DNA of 64,000 bases from Candidatus Poribacteria bacterium (GTDB taxonomy: Bacteria; Poribacteria; WGA-4E; WGA-3G). A program made the position numbers and the translations under genes. The stretch lies in contig OZ246979.1 in assembly GCA_965232545.1 (NCBI GenBank), positions 5,811,287 through 5,875,286 on the forward strand. Direction: 5' to 3'. A model generated the notes under the pieces. The model ran no database searches. It saw only the letters and a program-made list of their open reading frames with translations, and was not told where the DNA came from. This document shows, piece by piece, positions 45,936 through 56,417 of this stretch; position 1 is the stretch's first letter; each line of letters starts with the position of its first letter.

Positions 45936-46901
45936 ATGAAAACTATGACCCTTCAGAAAATCATTGCGGCGCGGCGCGTCGTCACACAATATTTAAAACC
46001 TACACCTTTGGTCCATTATCCAGAATTATCTGAGCGACTCGGATTTCAAGCATACATCAAGCACGAAAATCATCATCCAACGGGCAGTTTTAAAGTGCGC
46101 GGCGGCATCAATTTCATGTACCACCTCCCGCAAGCACAACGTGAAAAAGGGGTTCTTACGGCGACACGTGGGAATCATGGACAGTCGATCGCTTACGCAG
46201 CGGCACAATTTGGTGTCAAGGCGACTGTTGTTGTGCCACACGGGAATAATCCCGAAAAGAATAGTGCGATGCGGGCGTATGGTGCGGAACTGATTGAACA
46301 CGGTGCCGATTTTGACGAGGCACTTGCATTGTGTGAAACGCTCCAAGCGGAACGCGGACTTTACTACGTTCATCCGTGCATGGAGCCTGCGCTCTTCCAC
46401 GGTGTCGGTACCTATTCACTTGAGATTTTTGAGAGTCTTCCAGACGTAGACGCAATCATTGTCCCTATTGGCGGTGGCAGCGGTAGTTGTGGTGCTATCA
46501 CCGTTTCCAAGGCTATCAATCCGGATGTCAAGGTCATCGGTGTGCAAGCAGAAAATGCCCCCGCTATCTACCGTTCATGGAAGACAGGGGGACATGTAGA
46601 GACCGATTCTTGTGATACCATTGCCGATGGAATTGCGACCCGTGCACCGTTTCCATTGCCGTTGTCCATTATCAAAAAAGGCATTCACGACATTGTTTTG
46701 CTCAGCGAAGAGGAACTTGAGGACGGCATCCGTTTGGCGTTACGGTGGACACACAACTTAGCGGAAGGCGCGGGCGCGTCTCCGATAGCAGCAGCGCATA
46801 AACTCACAGAGACGCTGGCGGGGAAACGCGTGGTGATGGTGATGAGCGGGGCGAATCTGGACACGGAAACGCTCAAGCGAATACTCGGCTACCAGTTGTG
46901 A
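45936..46901 (+). CDS. PLP-dependent threonine/serine dehydratase family protein (no ACT domain)
   Basis: KHENHHPTGSFKVRGG, TRGNHG, PIGGGSG, SGAN. Confidence 0.85.
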   Translation: MKTMTLQKIIAARRVVTQYLKPTPLVHYPELSERLGFQAYIKHENHHPTGSFKVRGGINFMYHLPQAQREKGVLTATRGNHGQSIAYAAAQFGVKATVVVPHGNNPEKNSAMRAYGAELIEHGADFDEALALCETLQAERGLYYVHPCMEPALFHGVGTYSLEIFESLPDVDAIIVPIGGGSGSCGAITVSKAINPDVKVIGVQAENAPAIYRSWKTGGHVETDSCDTIADGIATRAPFPLPLSIIKKGIHDIVLLSEEELEDGIRLALRWTHNLAEGAGASPIAAAHKLTETLAGKRVVMVMSGANLDTETLKRILGYQL

Positions 46902-47602
46902 ATCACGTAGACCGGAGCGGATCCGTCGGTCAATTGAATAGTTGCCGATTCCGCACCTTCTACGAATTCGTTGCGAAGGGCGTTTGTTAAGTCGGGATGG
47001 ATGTGTAGCGATGCCAAGTCCCAACGTAAATTTTCACTCTTTTCGACGACGACGTTGCGGGTTTCCGCAATGACAGAGACGCGTTGCAGTCCGCTGCTTT
47101 TTCGAGTTAATCGCACGCCTGATAGCACGTAGTGGATTGTTTGTCTCGGATCTCGCATTTCGGCTATGTAAGGTTCACCTCTGGACACCCGGTAATGCCC
47201 AAAACGCATCAGTTTGAGATTCCCAAGGAACTGGTCGGTTTCGTATGCTTCTGGACGTGGTAAACCGCCGTAGATGATGATATGTCGGCAGTCATACTGT
47301 TCCATGGCGTAATCCACGGCGAGTTGTCCATCCGTATAAGCTTTGTCTGTCTTTCCTATCCATTCCTGAACGGTCTGCCTTGCTTGTGGGAGGGGTTTGT
47401 GTGGGATCGAATCCATGTCACCAATAAGAACATCCGGGATAAGCGAACTATCCGTATCCCGATTTAATTCATCAAATATGCGGATGCCTCCGTCAGCACA
47501 GATGAGCCGGAAACCCTTTTCCACTGCTGTTTTGATCTCTTGGCGGTAAAAATCGAGATGCCGTGTATCGTAGTAGCCGTTAAGAAAAATAAGTCCTGTC
47601 AT
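46889..47602 (-). CDS. thiN: thiamine pyrophosphokinase-like protein
   Basis: ICADGG, LIGDMDSI, KAYTDGQLA; likely ATG at 47602. Confidence 0.7.
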   Translation of the reverse strand: MTGLIFLNGYYDTRHLDFYRQEIKTAVEKGFRLICADGGIRIFDELNRDTDSSLIPDVLIGDMDSIPHKPLPQARQTVQEWIGKTDKAYTDGQLAVDYAMEQYDCRHIIIYGGLPRPEAYETDQFLGNLKLMRFGHYRVSRGEPYIAEMRDPRQTIHYVLSGVRLTRKSSGLQRVSVIAETRNVVVEKSENLRWDLASLHIHPDLTNALRNEFVEGAESATIQLTDGSAPVYVIHNW

Positions 47603-47689
47603 TTTTTTATTTCCGTCATAACAATACCGCAAGAAACCATTGTAGGGGGTTTTGCTTGGGTGTTTCTTGGTCTTGTGCCTGCCCACACA

Positions 47690-48613
47690 TTACCTATAGT
47701 TTTCCGTCATAACAATATTGTATGATGGAATCAGTTTGGTAGGGTGATAGGAGCGTTTGACACGTTTTAGGGTCTCTAACCCTGAATCGTCCATAGCATT
47801 AACCCATCTGTAGGTGTCCCTCAATTCCTTGCAAAACTCGCGATAGACGAACTGTGCGAGTCCTTTTATTCCAATATCCGTAATCTCAAACAGCACACAG
47901 AATGTATCCGAATTCAGTGGATATCCGAAGGTATAGCCTCTGACTTCTTCATCAATACGGACAATCCTGCCGAGAAGTCCGAGTGCTTTCGCATGCGCGA
48001 TCGCGATTCGGTGTGCCGATCGAGAATCCTCAAGCATTGCGCAATAGACGGTGTCCTCATGTTTCGCAGCACGGACAGCATGCCACGCGTCATAGAGTGC
48101 GAAACACGCCTCGCGGTCAGCGATGCCGTAGGGTCTAAATTTTGCTGACGGATAACGCTCAACAAAGGCGTTATAATCGTTCCTTTTACTCTTGAAGCGA
48201 TTGCCGCGCAACTCACTGAGTGTCCGTGTCTCATAGAGGTATTCGGTCCCCTTCAAAGTGGCGCGGAATCCGTCCTCTTCAAAAAAAATGTGCAGTGCCT
48301 GTGGAACATTTTCGATTCGGGCGATGTGTGGATTCCGATTTGATTCTAACATAAATTGATATGCCGTGTGAATAACATTTTGGTAGGTGTCGTTTTCAGG
48401 ATCGCACGGCATCGGTAGAATCGGCATGAAATAGTCTTCACCCTGTTTTGCGAAGATGCATAGACGTTCCGAGATCAATACCCAATAAAATTGGAAATGC
48501 GCTTTCCACACATAGAGTGGCGCGAAGGCATAGTTGGAAAGACGCGTCCCCATCTGACGCGCATATTCGTCAAAAAGTGGCTTGTCATTAAGGGTTAGCG
48601 GTTGAAGTCGCAT
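47690..48613 (-). CDS. DUF2156 / aminoacyl-tRNA transferase-like (GNAT double-fold) protein
   Basis: EYLY...LxELRGNRFKSKRN, GLAQFVY, WVNAMDDSGLETLKRVKRSYHP. Confidence 0.75.
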   Translation of the reverse strand: MRLQPLTLNDKPLFDEYARQMGTRLSNYAFAPLYVWKAHFQFYWVLISERLCIFAKQGEDYFMPILPMPCDPENDTYQNVIHTAYQFMLESNRNPHIARIENVPQALHIFFEEDGFRATLKGTEYLYETRTLSELRGNRFKSKRNDYNAFVERYPSAKFRPYGIADREACFALYDAWHAVRAAKHEDTVYCAMLEDSRSAHRIAIAHAKALGLLGRIVRIDEEVRGYTFGYPLNSDTFCVLFEITDIGIKGLAQFVYREFCKELRDTYRWVNAMDDSGLETLKRVKRSYHPTKLIPSYNIVMTENYR

Positions 48614-49151
48614 CTGTCAGTTTAAGGGTATGGACAATTTTCACAGTGTCTTGGTAATCGCCGATCAAACTCCAGTTGGCAACTATCTGTGCTCTGACCG
48701 ATTCAGATTCGACGTAATTGATGACGTGGTGGATGTGCTTCTGAAAGGCTTCCGTTTCGAGATGTGCTTCACCAAACGGGCAGAGGGTATCCACACCGAG
48801 CACGACCGCGCTTCCGTCCTCACTGTACATGAGCGCGAACGGATAGAGTTGACAGTCAAGCGGACGGATCGGATAGATGGTGCAACGACTCGTCTCTGGC
48901 TCAAAAAACGGACAGATATAGAAATCGTTGTGCGGTTTCAGTTGGATTTGTGCACTTTTTCCGTCTACCTGTGGACGGAACAACACCGGGTCGGCACCGT
49001 GTGCGATGGCTTTCTCCGTCTCAAGTTCGGTGAAGATGGGGGCGAGCGGACTATCTACCTCTAAAAATCGGCAACAAACATCACACGAGAAACAGACATC
49101 GCTGGGAATGATTTGGTAGAGGGTAGCGTTCGCTGGGTTAGGTGTATCCAT
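48588..49151 (-). CDS. YkgJ family cysteine-cluster (CxxCxxCC) protein
   Basis: CFSCDVCC, CPFF, CTIYPIRPLDCQLYPF. Confidence 0.8.
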   Translation of the reverse strand: MDTPNPANATLYQIIPSDVCFSCDVCCRFLEVDSPLAPIFTELETEKAIAHGADPVLFRPQVDGKSAQIQLKPHNDFYICPFFEPETSRCTIYPIRPLDCQLYPFALMYSEDGSAVVLGVDTLCPFGEAHLETEAFQKHIHHVINYVESESVRAQIVANWSLIGDYQDTVKIVHTLKLTDATSTANP

Positions 49152-49280
49152 CTTGTGTCCTTGAAATATGGGTTTGGTGGCAAACCAACACCTCCGTCCG
49201 GGACGCGATTATAAACCCGAAGCCCGTTTGTAGTGGGGAAACCATTCATTGCCCGTTCTTTGGTTTCTGGGGCATGATTA

Positions 49281-50423
49281 TCAACCCAAAATCTTTCCTA
49301 TTTCATCAATTACAATATGGATTTCCGCTTCCGTTAAACCCGGATGGAGGGGGAGACTCACGACGCGTTCAAATGCCGCCTCAGCGCACGGGAAATCACC
49401 GACACGGTAGCCGTATTGCTCTTGATAAAATTCAAAGAGATGTAACGGGATATAATGAACACTGCATTCAATGTTTGCCTCGCGTAGGGATTCCACGAAT
49501 TCATCTCGATTACCCGAGTGGAGTTGGATAATGTAGAGATGCCACGAATGCGCGTTGGGATTATCGGGTGCCACCGGTGTGCTGATGTGCGGGAGATTCG
49601 CGAGTTCCGTTTGGTATATCTGCGCAAAATTTCGGCGACGTTCATGCTGTTTGTTGAGTTTCATGAGTTGACACAGTCCCATCGCCGCTTGAATATCGGT
49701 CATGTTGTATTTATAACCTTCAGTCGCGATGTCATACCGCCAGATAGAGCGTTGCGATTGGCGCGCCCAAGCGTCTTTATCAATGCCATGGAGCCGCATC
49801 GGGCGGAGTGGTTTGGCGAAGGCATCATTATTGGTAGTAATCATACCACCTTCCCCTGTCGTCAGGTTTTTATTTGCGTAGAAGCTAAAAGCGGATAGGT
49901 CGCCGATGTTGCCGATGTATTGACCTTTGTATTCGGTCGGAATGGCGTGAGCCGCGTCATCAATGAGGACAAGGTTATGGTTTCGGCAGATGTCCTGTAG
50001 CGCATCCATGTCACATGGGAGACCAGCAAAATGGACGGGCATTATTGCCTTCGTGCGTGGGGTTATCGCCTGCTCGATTTTGGTTATGTCGATGTTCAAA
50101 GTATCGGGTTCGATGTCCACGAAGATGGGTTTAGCACCGACATATCGGATCGCCTCAGCCGTCGCTGTGAAGGTATAAGGAGTCGTGATAACTTCGTCGC
50201 CGCTACCGATCTTGGCGACAACAAGGCTTAGATGCAGCGCGGCAGTGCAGGAACTGACAGCGATGGCGTGTTTAACACCGAGATATTCGGCGAAGGCACG
50301 TTCAAATTCACGCACTCTGTTACCTGTGCTAATCCATTTAGAGGCGAGGACTTGGCTAACGGCTTCGATTTCAGTATCATCAATCCACGGACGACTAAAC
50401 GGTATAAAAGGGTTTTTTGCCAT
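49281..50423 (-). CDS. DegT/DnrJ/EryC1/StrS sugar aminotransferase
   Basis: VSSCTAALH, DAAHA, SFYANKNLTTGEGG, SLPLHP. Confidence 0.9.
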   Translation of the reverse strand: MAKNPFIPFSRPWIDDTEIEAVSQVLASKWISTGNRVREFERAFAEYLGVKHAIAVSSCTAALHLSLVVAKIGSGDEVITTPYTFTATAEAIRYVGAKPIFVDIEPDTLNIDITKIEQAITPRTKAIMPVHFAGLPCDMDALQDICRNHNLVLIDDAAHAIPTEYKGQYIGNIGDLSAFSFYANKNLTTGEGGMITTNNDAFAKPLRPMRLHGIDKDAWARQSQRSIWRYDIATEGYKYNMTDIQAAMGLCQLMKLNKQHERRRNFAQIYQTELANLPHISTPVAPDNPNAHSWHLYIIQLHSGNRDEFVESLREANIECSVHYIPLHLFEFYQEQYGYRVGDFPCAEAAFERVVSLPLHPGLTEAEIHIVIDEIGKILG

Positions 50424-50428
50424 TTTTT

Positions 50429-50881
50429 TTAATTTTCCAGATTTTGTTGCAAAATTTGGATCATTGCCTCAAGAGCAAGGGTGTAACTATATGTCCCGAA
50501 ACCGCCGATGACACCAACTGCAACCGCTGATATGTAGGAATGATGCCGAAATTCTTCACGAGCGTAAATATTGGAGAGGTGAATCTCAATGACGGGGAGC
50601 GCAACCGTAGAGAGCGCATCTCGGATCGCAACGCTGGTATGTGTGTAGGCTGCAGGATTAATCAAGATACCGTCAGCCCAGTCGATGTGGTCCCCAATAA
50701 TAGAGACGAGTTCGCCTTCGTGGTTAGATTGAAAAATTTTGAGTGTAATCGCGTGCGGCGATGCGGCTACTTGCCGGTCAAGTGTATTGTTAATATCCGA
50801 TAACGTTTGATGTCCATAGATTTCCGGTTGGCGTTTCCCTAAGAGGTGTAGGTTCGGTCCATGGAGGACGAGAATGTTCAT
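50429..50881 (-). CDS. aroQ: type II 3-dehydroquinate dehydratase
   Basis: GPNLHLLGKRQPEIYG, QSNHEG, INPAAYTHTS, EIHLSN. Confidence 0.95.
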   Translation of the reverse strand: MNILVLHGPNLHLLGKRQPEIYGHQTLSDINNTLDRQVAASPHAITLKIFQSNHEGELVSIIGDHIDWADGILINPAAYTHTSVAIRDALSTVALPVIEIHLSNIYAREEFRHHSYISAVAVGVIGGFGTYSYTLALEAMIQILQQNLEN

Positions 50882-51099
50882 GCGCGTGTTTCCTTTTTAC
50901 TTGGAGTATTACCTTTGCCGTAGAGAGTATATAATGGATAGGAAAAATTTACAAAGTTTTTTCGTTGCTGCTGGCGTTATTGTGTTTTTAGGTGTTAGAT
51001 GGCGGAAGTGAAGGAAGGAACCTTGCTATGAAGGGGAAATTGGGTTTCGCGTTGCTCAACCCATAGGCATCAATTTTAGAAGCAACCGCCTCTTACCGT

Positions 51100-51347
51100 C
51101 GTAGGTTGGGTAGAACGGATGCCACCAAAACCGTAAAAAATCAGAGAAAAACGGAGGTTTCTCCATATACGCTATATTCACCACATACTCAGTGAAACCC
51201 AACGCATTTGTTGTGAAGTTTCCGGGGTTCTAAGGCTATGAAGTTGGGTTTCATTCGGTGTTGCGTGTATATGATGTCGTGTTGGATTTGACGTGTGTTT
51301 GGCGGACTGACATCCGCCTTCCGTAACGCCGTTCTACCCAACCTACG
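51100..51347. repeat. composite palindromic REP element (family C, REPIN-like)
   Basis: Perfect 19-bp IR cgtaggttgggtagaacgg/ccgttctacccaacctacg; inner gtgaaacccaac and gttgggtttca. Confidence 0.7.
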
Positions 51348-51415
51348 GATACCCCACGGAAACCTTAAATTGACACCTACCTGAGATTGGCGAAATTAGT
51401 TATGAATAGATTCCA

Positions 51416-52630
51416 TTACGCGTCAATGGCATGACCAAATTTTTGGCGGTATTCGTCGTGAACCATCTGTTCATAACCCGTCGTTTCCGTGATTGGAAGG
51501 TCGATGGGCATCATCCCCAAACGTGAAGATTCGTATAAAGCGATACACATCTCCACATCTTTCCTGCCTTCGATGCCGTACTCCGGTGGTTCTCCTGTGA
51601 GTGCCGCTCTCGCTGTGGTCATAATCTCTTCGGCGGTTCCGACATTCCAATCGTCGATTGCGTAAGTTCTGAAAGGATTTTCATAGACAATCTCTGGATC
51701 GGTATGCACGACGATTCTCGAAAGGACATCTACACCATCGACCTGATGACGTTCCGTTTCGATTGGGATATCTTTCATTTCACCGTTGTCGAGGACCTTC
51801 AGCGGAAAATCGGCTGTCCAGAAATCAACATCCGTTATCACACCTTTCGTTCCCATAATCTGTCTGTACTTAATCGTTTCCTCTCCGACCTGAGAGGTCT
51901 CATAAATACCGACACCGCCGCTTTCAAATTCAATCAGCGCGTGCCCCCAATCTTCGTAGACTTTGTTGGGCCCGGGAGCGAATTGCTTGGTGATTCCCGT
52001 AATGCGTTTCGGTTCACTTTGGGCATAAAATCGGAGTTGGGACATCCGGTGAACACCCATGTCAATACAGACACCGGAGTGGGAAGTAAATGTTGAGATC
52101 GGGGACTCTATACCGCGCGGTTTTCCGGCACCGTGCACAAATCCTCTACGTCCAAACGGTTCGATAAAGTGCACTCGCATAATATCACCCAGCACACCTT
52201 CCTGAATCAGTTTTATGATGATCCGATCCCCAGGCATCCGAAAATAGTTCTCGGCGACCTCAAAATGGACGCCGTTTTTTCTGCAACTGTCTATGATTAC
52301 ATCGCAACAGGCGAGGGTCGGTGCCATCGGTTTTTCGACGATCGGATGCATCTTGTGTTCAGCGACTATCTTCGCGATGAGATGATGTGTATAGTCGCCA
52401 GTACTGATGTCAACAACGTCGATGTCACTGTGCTTCTCCAGCATTTCCTCGACATCCGTATAGTACGGGAGACCGTACGTTTCACCGACTTCGCGAGCCG
52501 TATCCGCGTCTGCGTCACATACGGCTATGTAATCCAGCTCCCCTCTTTTCGTCAACTCCGCGATTGTTGGCAGATGCCAACGTTTTGCGACCCAACCGCA
52601 ACCTACGGAGGCAATCTTGGCTTTCCGCAT
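51416..52630 (-). CDS. Gfo/Idh/MocA family oxidoreductase
   Basis: VGCGWVA Rossmann motif, VEKPMA, IDMGVH. Confidence 0.85.
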   Translation of the reverse strand: MRKAKIASVGCGWVAKRWHLPTIAELTKRGELDYIAVCDADADTAREVGETYGLPYYTDVEEMLEKHSDIDVVDISTGDYTHHLIAKIVAEHKMHPIVEKPMAPTLACCDVIIDSCRKNGVHFEVAENYFRMPGDRIIIKLIQEGVLGDIMRVHFIEPFGRRGFVHGAGKPRGIESPISTFTSHSGVCIDMGVHRMSQLRFYAQSEPKRITGITKQFAPGPNKVYEDWGHALIEFESGGVGIYETSQVGEETIKYRQIMGTKGVITDVDFWTADFPLKVLDNGEMKDIPIETERHQVDGVDVLSRIVVHTDPEIVYENPFRTYAIDDWNVGTAEEIMTTARAALTGEPPEYGIEGRKDVEMCIALYESSRLGMMPIDLPITETTGYEQMVHDEYRQKFGHAIDA

Positions 52631-52772
52631 TCCTTGTCTCCTTAACTCTTATAGTAAAGTCGAAAAATATGTAGACAGTTGCTCAGCGAAACACCCCTCC
52701 CCGCCGCTGGCGAGGATTGTATCCTCGCCTCTTTAGAGTGTCTAATTAATTCTAAACTTTACTATAATGATA

Positions 52773-53984
52773 TTATTGAAGTGGACGTATTTTCTCAGTC
52801 AATTCTTCGTCAACGGTGATTGCCAGATGCCCCTGGGGTCCAACCATCTTATTTACCATGATCGCCTCAAGTTCTTTATGCTCAAGTGCTGTCAGCTCTT
52901 TGGCAAAAGGACCGTGGATAAAGTCTTTGTACGGACGACTTGTATCCATGAACGGCATGATGTACATCGGAATAACTGCCTGCAACATCGCAGCACGCTT
53001 ATGTGATGTACGGTTTACGCCAGCGCGATGCCAAATCCGAGAATCGTAGACGATGTAACTCCCCGGCGGTGCCTCAACGACATCGGCATCCGGTCCGGTG
53101 TATGGCAATCCTTTGGACTCACGGTACCCATCCTGCCGGGAGGTGTTTCCGTTTACCCATTCTATCGGTGGACCTTGACCGAGTGTATGAGATCCGAGTT
53201 TGAAACAGGTCGCCCCGTTTTCCTTGCGAAATTCTGAGACGCAGAGGTTCCGCTGGACACCCATGACCAAACCATCGACCTTGTGAACCGGTATTCGGTT
53301 GACAACTTCACTGCCGGCAATACCCCAGAGATACGGAAAGTCTGAGTGCCAACCTTGAACTCTCCGTTCACCATCGTCTGGTGTGAGTATCGCGAAACCG
53401 GGGGAGTGTCCAAGACGGATTTCCTGTGTCTGCATGTATTGGCGCATGAGCCACAAAGAGACCGGTTCCGTTGCAATCTTTGCAACCGCCGCCGTCTCAT
53501 TCAGAGGTGGTTTAATTCGCTCGTAGGTTCTCGATTCCCAGCGACCCGTGCAACTCACCCGCTCCAACTCTTCGACAATATCAGGGGCGATGATAGAGGG
53601 AAGGCAGACCCAACCGTTCTCTTTGAAGGATTCCAGATACTCAGACGGTAGATGTGCGGGACCGTGTCCAGCGGAGAACACAGCACCTTCGGTCCCTACG
53701 CTGCCATCACTCGCGAGTAGATCCGCGTTATAACGAAGATAGCAGCCGTTCTCAGCGTCAGCAGATTCGGCTTCAAGTTGGATATCCGTGCCGACGTGAC
53801 GATAAACATTGGCACCTTTGACTGTTTCCCATATCACCTTATCGTCGGTATAATCAAAAGTTACCAGTTCTTTAGTGTCAGACACGCCGAGGAAATCACC
53901 ATCGGCGTTCCGAAGTAGTGTAAAGTGCGCCGACGGCTTTTCAACCCGGACAACGCGTTCCTGAAAAATTTCGTCTCTCACCAT
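52773..53984 (-). CDS. PhyH family dioxygenase with about 135-aa N-terminal extension
   Basis: FKENGWVCLPS, WHSD, WHRAG. Confidence 0.75.
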   Translation of the reverse strand: MVRDEIFQERVVRVEKPSAHFTLLRNADGDFLGVSDTKELVTFDYTDDKVIWETVKGANVYRHVGTDIQLEAESADAENGCYLRYNADLLASDGSVGTEGAVFSAGHGPAHLPSEYLESFKENGWVCLPSIIAPDIVEELERVSCTGRWESRTYERIKPPLNETAAVAKIATEPVSLWLMRQYMQTQEIRLGHSPGFAILTPDDGERRVQGWHSDFPYLWGIAGSEVVNRIPVHKVDGLVMGVQRNLCVSEFRKENGATCFKLGSHTLGQGPPIEWVNGNTSRQDGYRESKGLPYTGPDADVVEAPPGSYIVYDSRIWHRAGVNRTSHKRAAMLQAVIPMYIMPFMDTSRPYKDFIHGPFAKELTALEHKELEAIMVNKMVGPQGHLAITVDEELTEKIRPLQ

Positions 53985-54031
53985 CGGTGTTCGCTCCTGA
54001 ATGATTGTAGAATTCTACGTTTGAATATTAT

Positions 54032-55072
54032 CTAATGAACAACCCCTACCTCTGCGAGCCAAGCGTCCAGCAGTTCCATATTCCCGAGCGTGTCGTCCCA
54101 AGACATCGCCGGTGCTTGCCTATCAGCAATATGTGTCGCAACCGTATCCGCCTCGTAGGTAAACAGATCCCTATCAGCGGTGACTGTCACTTCAGTGGGT
54201 TCCCTGCTCTCGGACGATTCAACGATAAGCTGCGTCGCGGGGAAAGTTGTGTCAGGAGGCAACGGTGTTCTCGCACCTCGGCAAGGCGATGACGGTAGCC
54301 ACGGGTTCGGAATCGTGAGGGTTCCGTCCGTTCCGTAGATGATAACGCTACTTCCATAACTACATTCAACAGCACAAATTATCTCCGCGATAATATCGTT
54401 CTCAAATTTCAGGGAAGCGACTGCGATGTGGTCAACACCTGTAGGACCTATTTTCCCGTTCCCTTTTACGGAGATCGGATCCAGAAACGGCTTGTTCGCC
54501 GCTGCACCTGCGATCTTCCGAGCCATTGAAGCCGTATAGCCTCCGATGTCGAGGATGCCACCGCCTCCCATTTCATGGTTATAGATTCGGCTCTGTGGGT
54601 TGAAACCCGAACGGTAGCCGAAGGTCGCGCGGATGACTTGAACATCACCGATCGCGCCATCTTGTATCAGTTCGACCATTTTTGTGATCTGTGGATGGCA
54701 GCGATACATAAAAGCTTCCATGAGAAACACGTCGTTTTCACGTGCCGCATCTACCATCGCCGCGGCTTCGGCGCGGTTCATACTGATCGGTTTCTCCACG
54801 AGGAGATGTTTTCCGGCTTCAGCACACTTTATCGCCCATTCCGCATGAAGTGGGTGAATTGTGGCAATATAGATAGCGTCGATATCATCGTCCGCCAACA
54901 GATCGGCGTAATCGTTGTATTGGCGCGGGATGCCGAAGTCGTTGACGAGTCTGTCCATCTTGGATTGGGTGCGACTCGCGACGGCAAGAATCTGCCCGGA
55001 GTCTGTAAAACGCATGCCGTTACAGAAGACATAAGCGATGCCACCTGCACCCATAACGCCCCAGTTTAACAT
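54032..55072 (-). CDS. Gfo/Idh/MocA family oxidoreductase
   Basis: WGVMGAGGIA, LVEKP, GGGGILDIGGY. Confidence 0.9.
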   Translation of the reverse strand: MLNWGVMGAGGIAYVFCNGMRFTDSGQILAVASRTQSKMDRLVNDFGIPRQYNDYADLLADDDIDAIYIATIHPLHAEWAIKCAEAGKHLLVEKPISMNRAEAAAMVDAARENDVFLMEAFMYRCHPQITKMVELIQDGAIGDVQVIRATFGYRSGFNPQSRIYNHEMGGGGILDIGGYTASMARKIAGAAANKPFLDPISVKGNGKIGPTGVDHIAVASLKFENDIIAEIICAVECSYGSSVIIYGTDGTLTIPNPWLPSSPCRGARTPLPPDTTFPATQLIVESSESREPTEVTVTADRDLFTYEADTVATHIADRQAPAMSWDDTLGNMELLDAWLAEVGVVH

Positions 55073-55088
55073 GTCTTATTTCCTCCTA

Positions 55089-56282
55089 TTAACCCTTAGC
55101 AGCTTCTGCGCGCTTGCTTGCGAGCGGATGCATAATACCGGCACCGGGGGGCCAGACACCTGGATCTGCTTTGATCCACTCACACAATTTCTGAGCGTGG
55201 GGTGTCAAGGTTTCCCAAATTTCGTGCGGCATAATTCTGCTGAAACCGTGTTGCGAACGCCACGGTGCGGCGTACTCGACATTAGGCAATGCGCGTATTT
55301 CCTTGGAAAGATTAGGGGTTGCCCCGTGCCATGCGCGGTTATCCCGGAATACACCCGAACCTGCTGTCGCACCGACGAGTGTCGAGTGTTTCATCCAATC
55401 GGGTTCGTCGCCCGGTGGCGGTGGGTTCTGTTGCAGTGTATGAGACCCCGGAATCTGACGAATCGGACCGTTCTCCCACGTTAGATCACACATGACAAAG
55501 TTAATGGTGACAGTCGGCGGGGTCATCTCCATAATCATCTTTTGTGAGGGGACATCAAGGTTTCCGTTGTCGTCTCTATGGAGTTGGAGACCAAGGCGTT
55601 CCGCTTGCCGAATACGTGCTTCGGTGAGGTGCTGTGAATCCCTGCCGTCAGAATGCAAGTGTTGGTACTCTACTGCCCCGGGGAGACAGAGGTCGCCGCC
55701 AGAACCCCACACCCGGTAGTCCGAAGAACCGAAGATTTCTGTGACGATAGGGGTCGTTGTCGGCAAATCTATCATGTTTGCCCAAGCGGCATGGTGCAGC
55801 ATCTGTCTTGAAGCGGAAGAGGTGCCGTAACTATAGCGGTGTGGGAGCCGCCCTGTTTCAGTTATGTATTTTCTGTTATCGGGTCCTGGTATTGACAGAA
55901 TGTCGCGTAGTGCTTCGGCACACCCTTCTCTCCAGCGAGCAAGTTGCTCGGCGTTGAGCAGGTCCTTAACGACAGCGAAACCGTCACGATGGAAAATTCG
56001 AGCGATTTTCTCGGTTTCGTGGGGTTCGCAGATTTCAAGTCCACGAATGCCGTTGTGATCGCGTAACTTTTCGCGGAGTGCCTCGACCTCTGGATCGTCG
56101 TAAACACGACGTTTGGGTGAGTTAGGGTCTGCTACGCCGAATCCTCTCTTGCCGGGGAAGAGATTTCCTTCCGCATCGACGGTTTCATTGACAGGTGTGT
56201 TTTCATCCCATCCGACCCGCGTTTCACCGTAGACTTCCATCTCTTCCAATTCTGCGGTGAAGGTGCGTCCGTTGTTACTCAT
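55089..56282 (-). CDS. PhyH family dioxygenase with N-terminal extension
   Basis: FHRDGFAVVKD, LHSD, WHGAT. Confidence 0.75.
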   Translation of the reverse strand: MSNNGRTFTAELEEMEVYGETRVGWDENTPVNETVDAEGNLFPGKRGFGVADPNSPKRRVYDDPEVEALREKLRDHNGIRGLEICEPHETEKIARIFHRDGFAVVKDLLNAEQLARWREGCAEALRDILSIPGPDNRKYITETGRLPHRYSYGTSSASRQMLHHAAWANMIDLPTTTPIVTEIFGSSDYRVWGSGGDLCLPGAVEYQHLHSDGRDSQHLTEARIRQAERLGLQLHRDDNGNLDVPSQKMIMEMTPPTVTINFVMCDLTWENGPIRQIPGSHTLQQNPPPPGDEPDWMKHSTLVGATAGSGVFRDNRAWHGATPNLSKEIRALPNVEYAAPWRSQHGFSRIMPHEIWETLTPHAQKLCEWIKADPGVWPPGAGIMHPLASKRAEAAKG

Positions 56283-56417
56283 AGTCTAACTCCTTACTCC
56301 CACCTACTGCAAGTGGGGAAAATATGTTTTTTCGTGTAGACAGCGAACGTCAAAAGCGAATGACTTTAGAATGGTTTTTAATCTATCATGCCTCATATTT
56401 TTTGTCCAATGGTTAAT

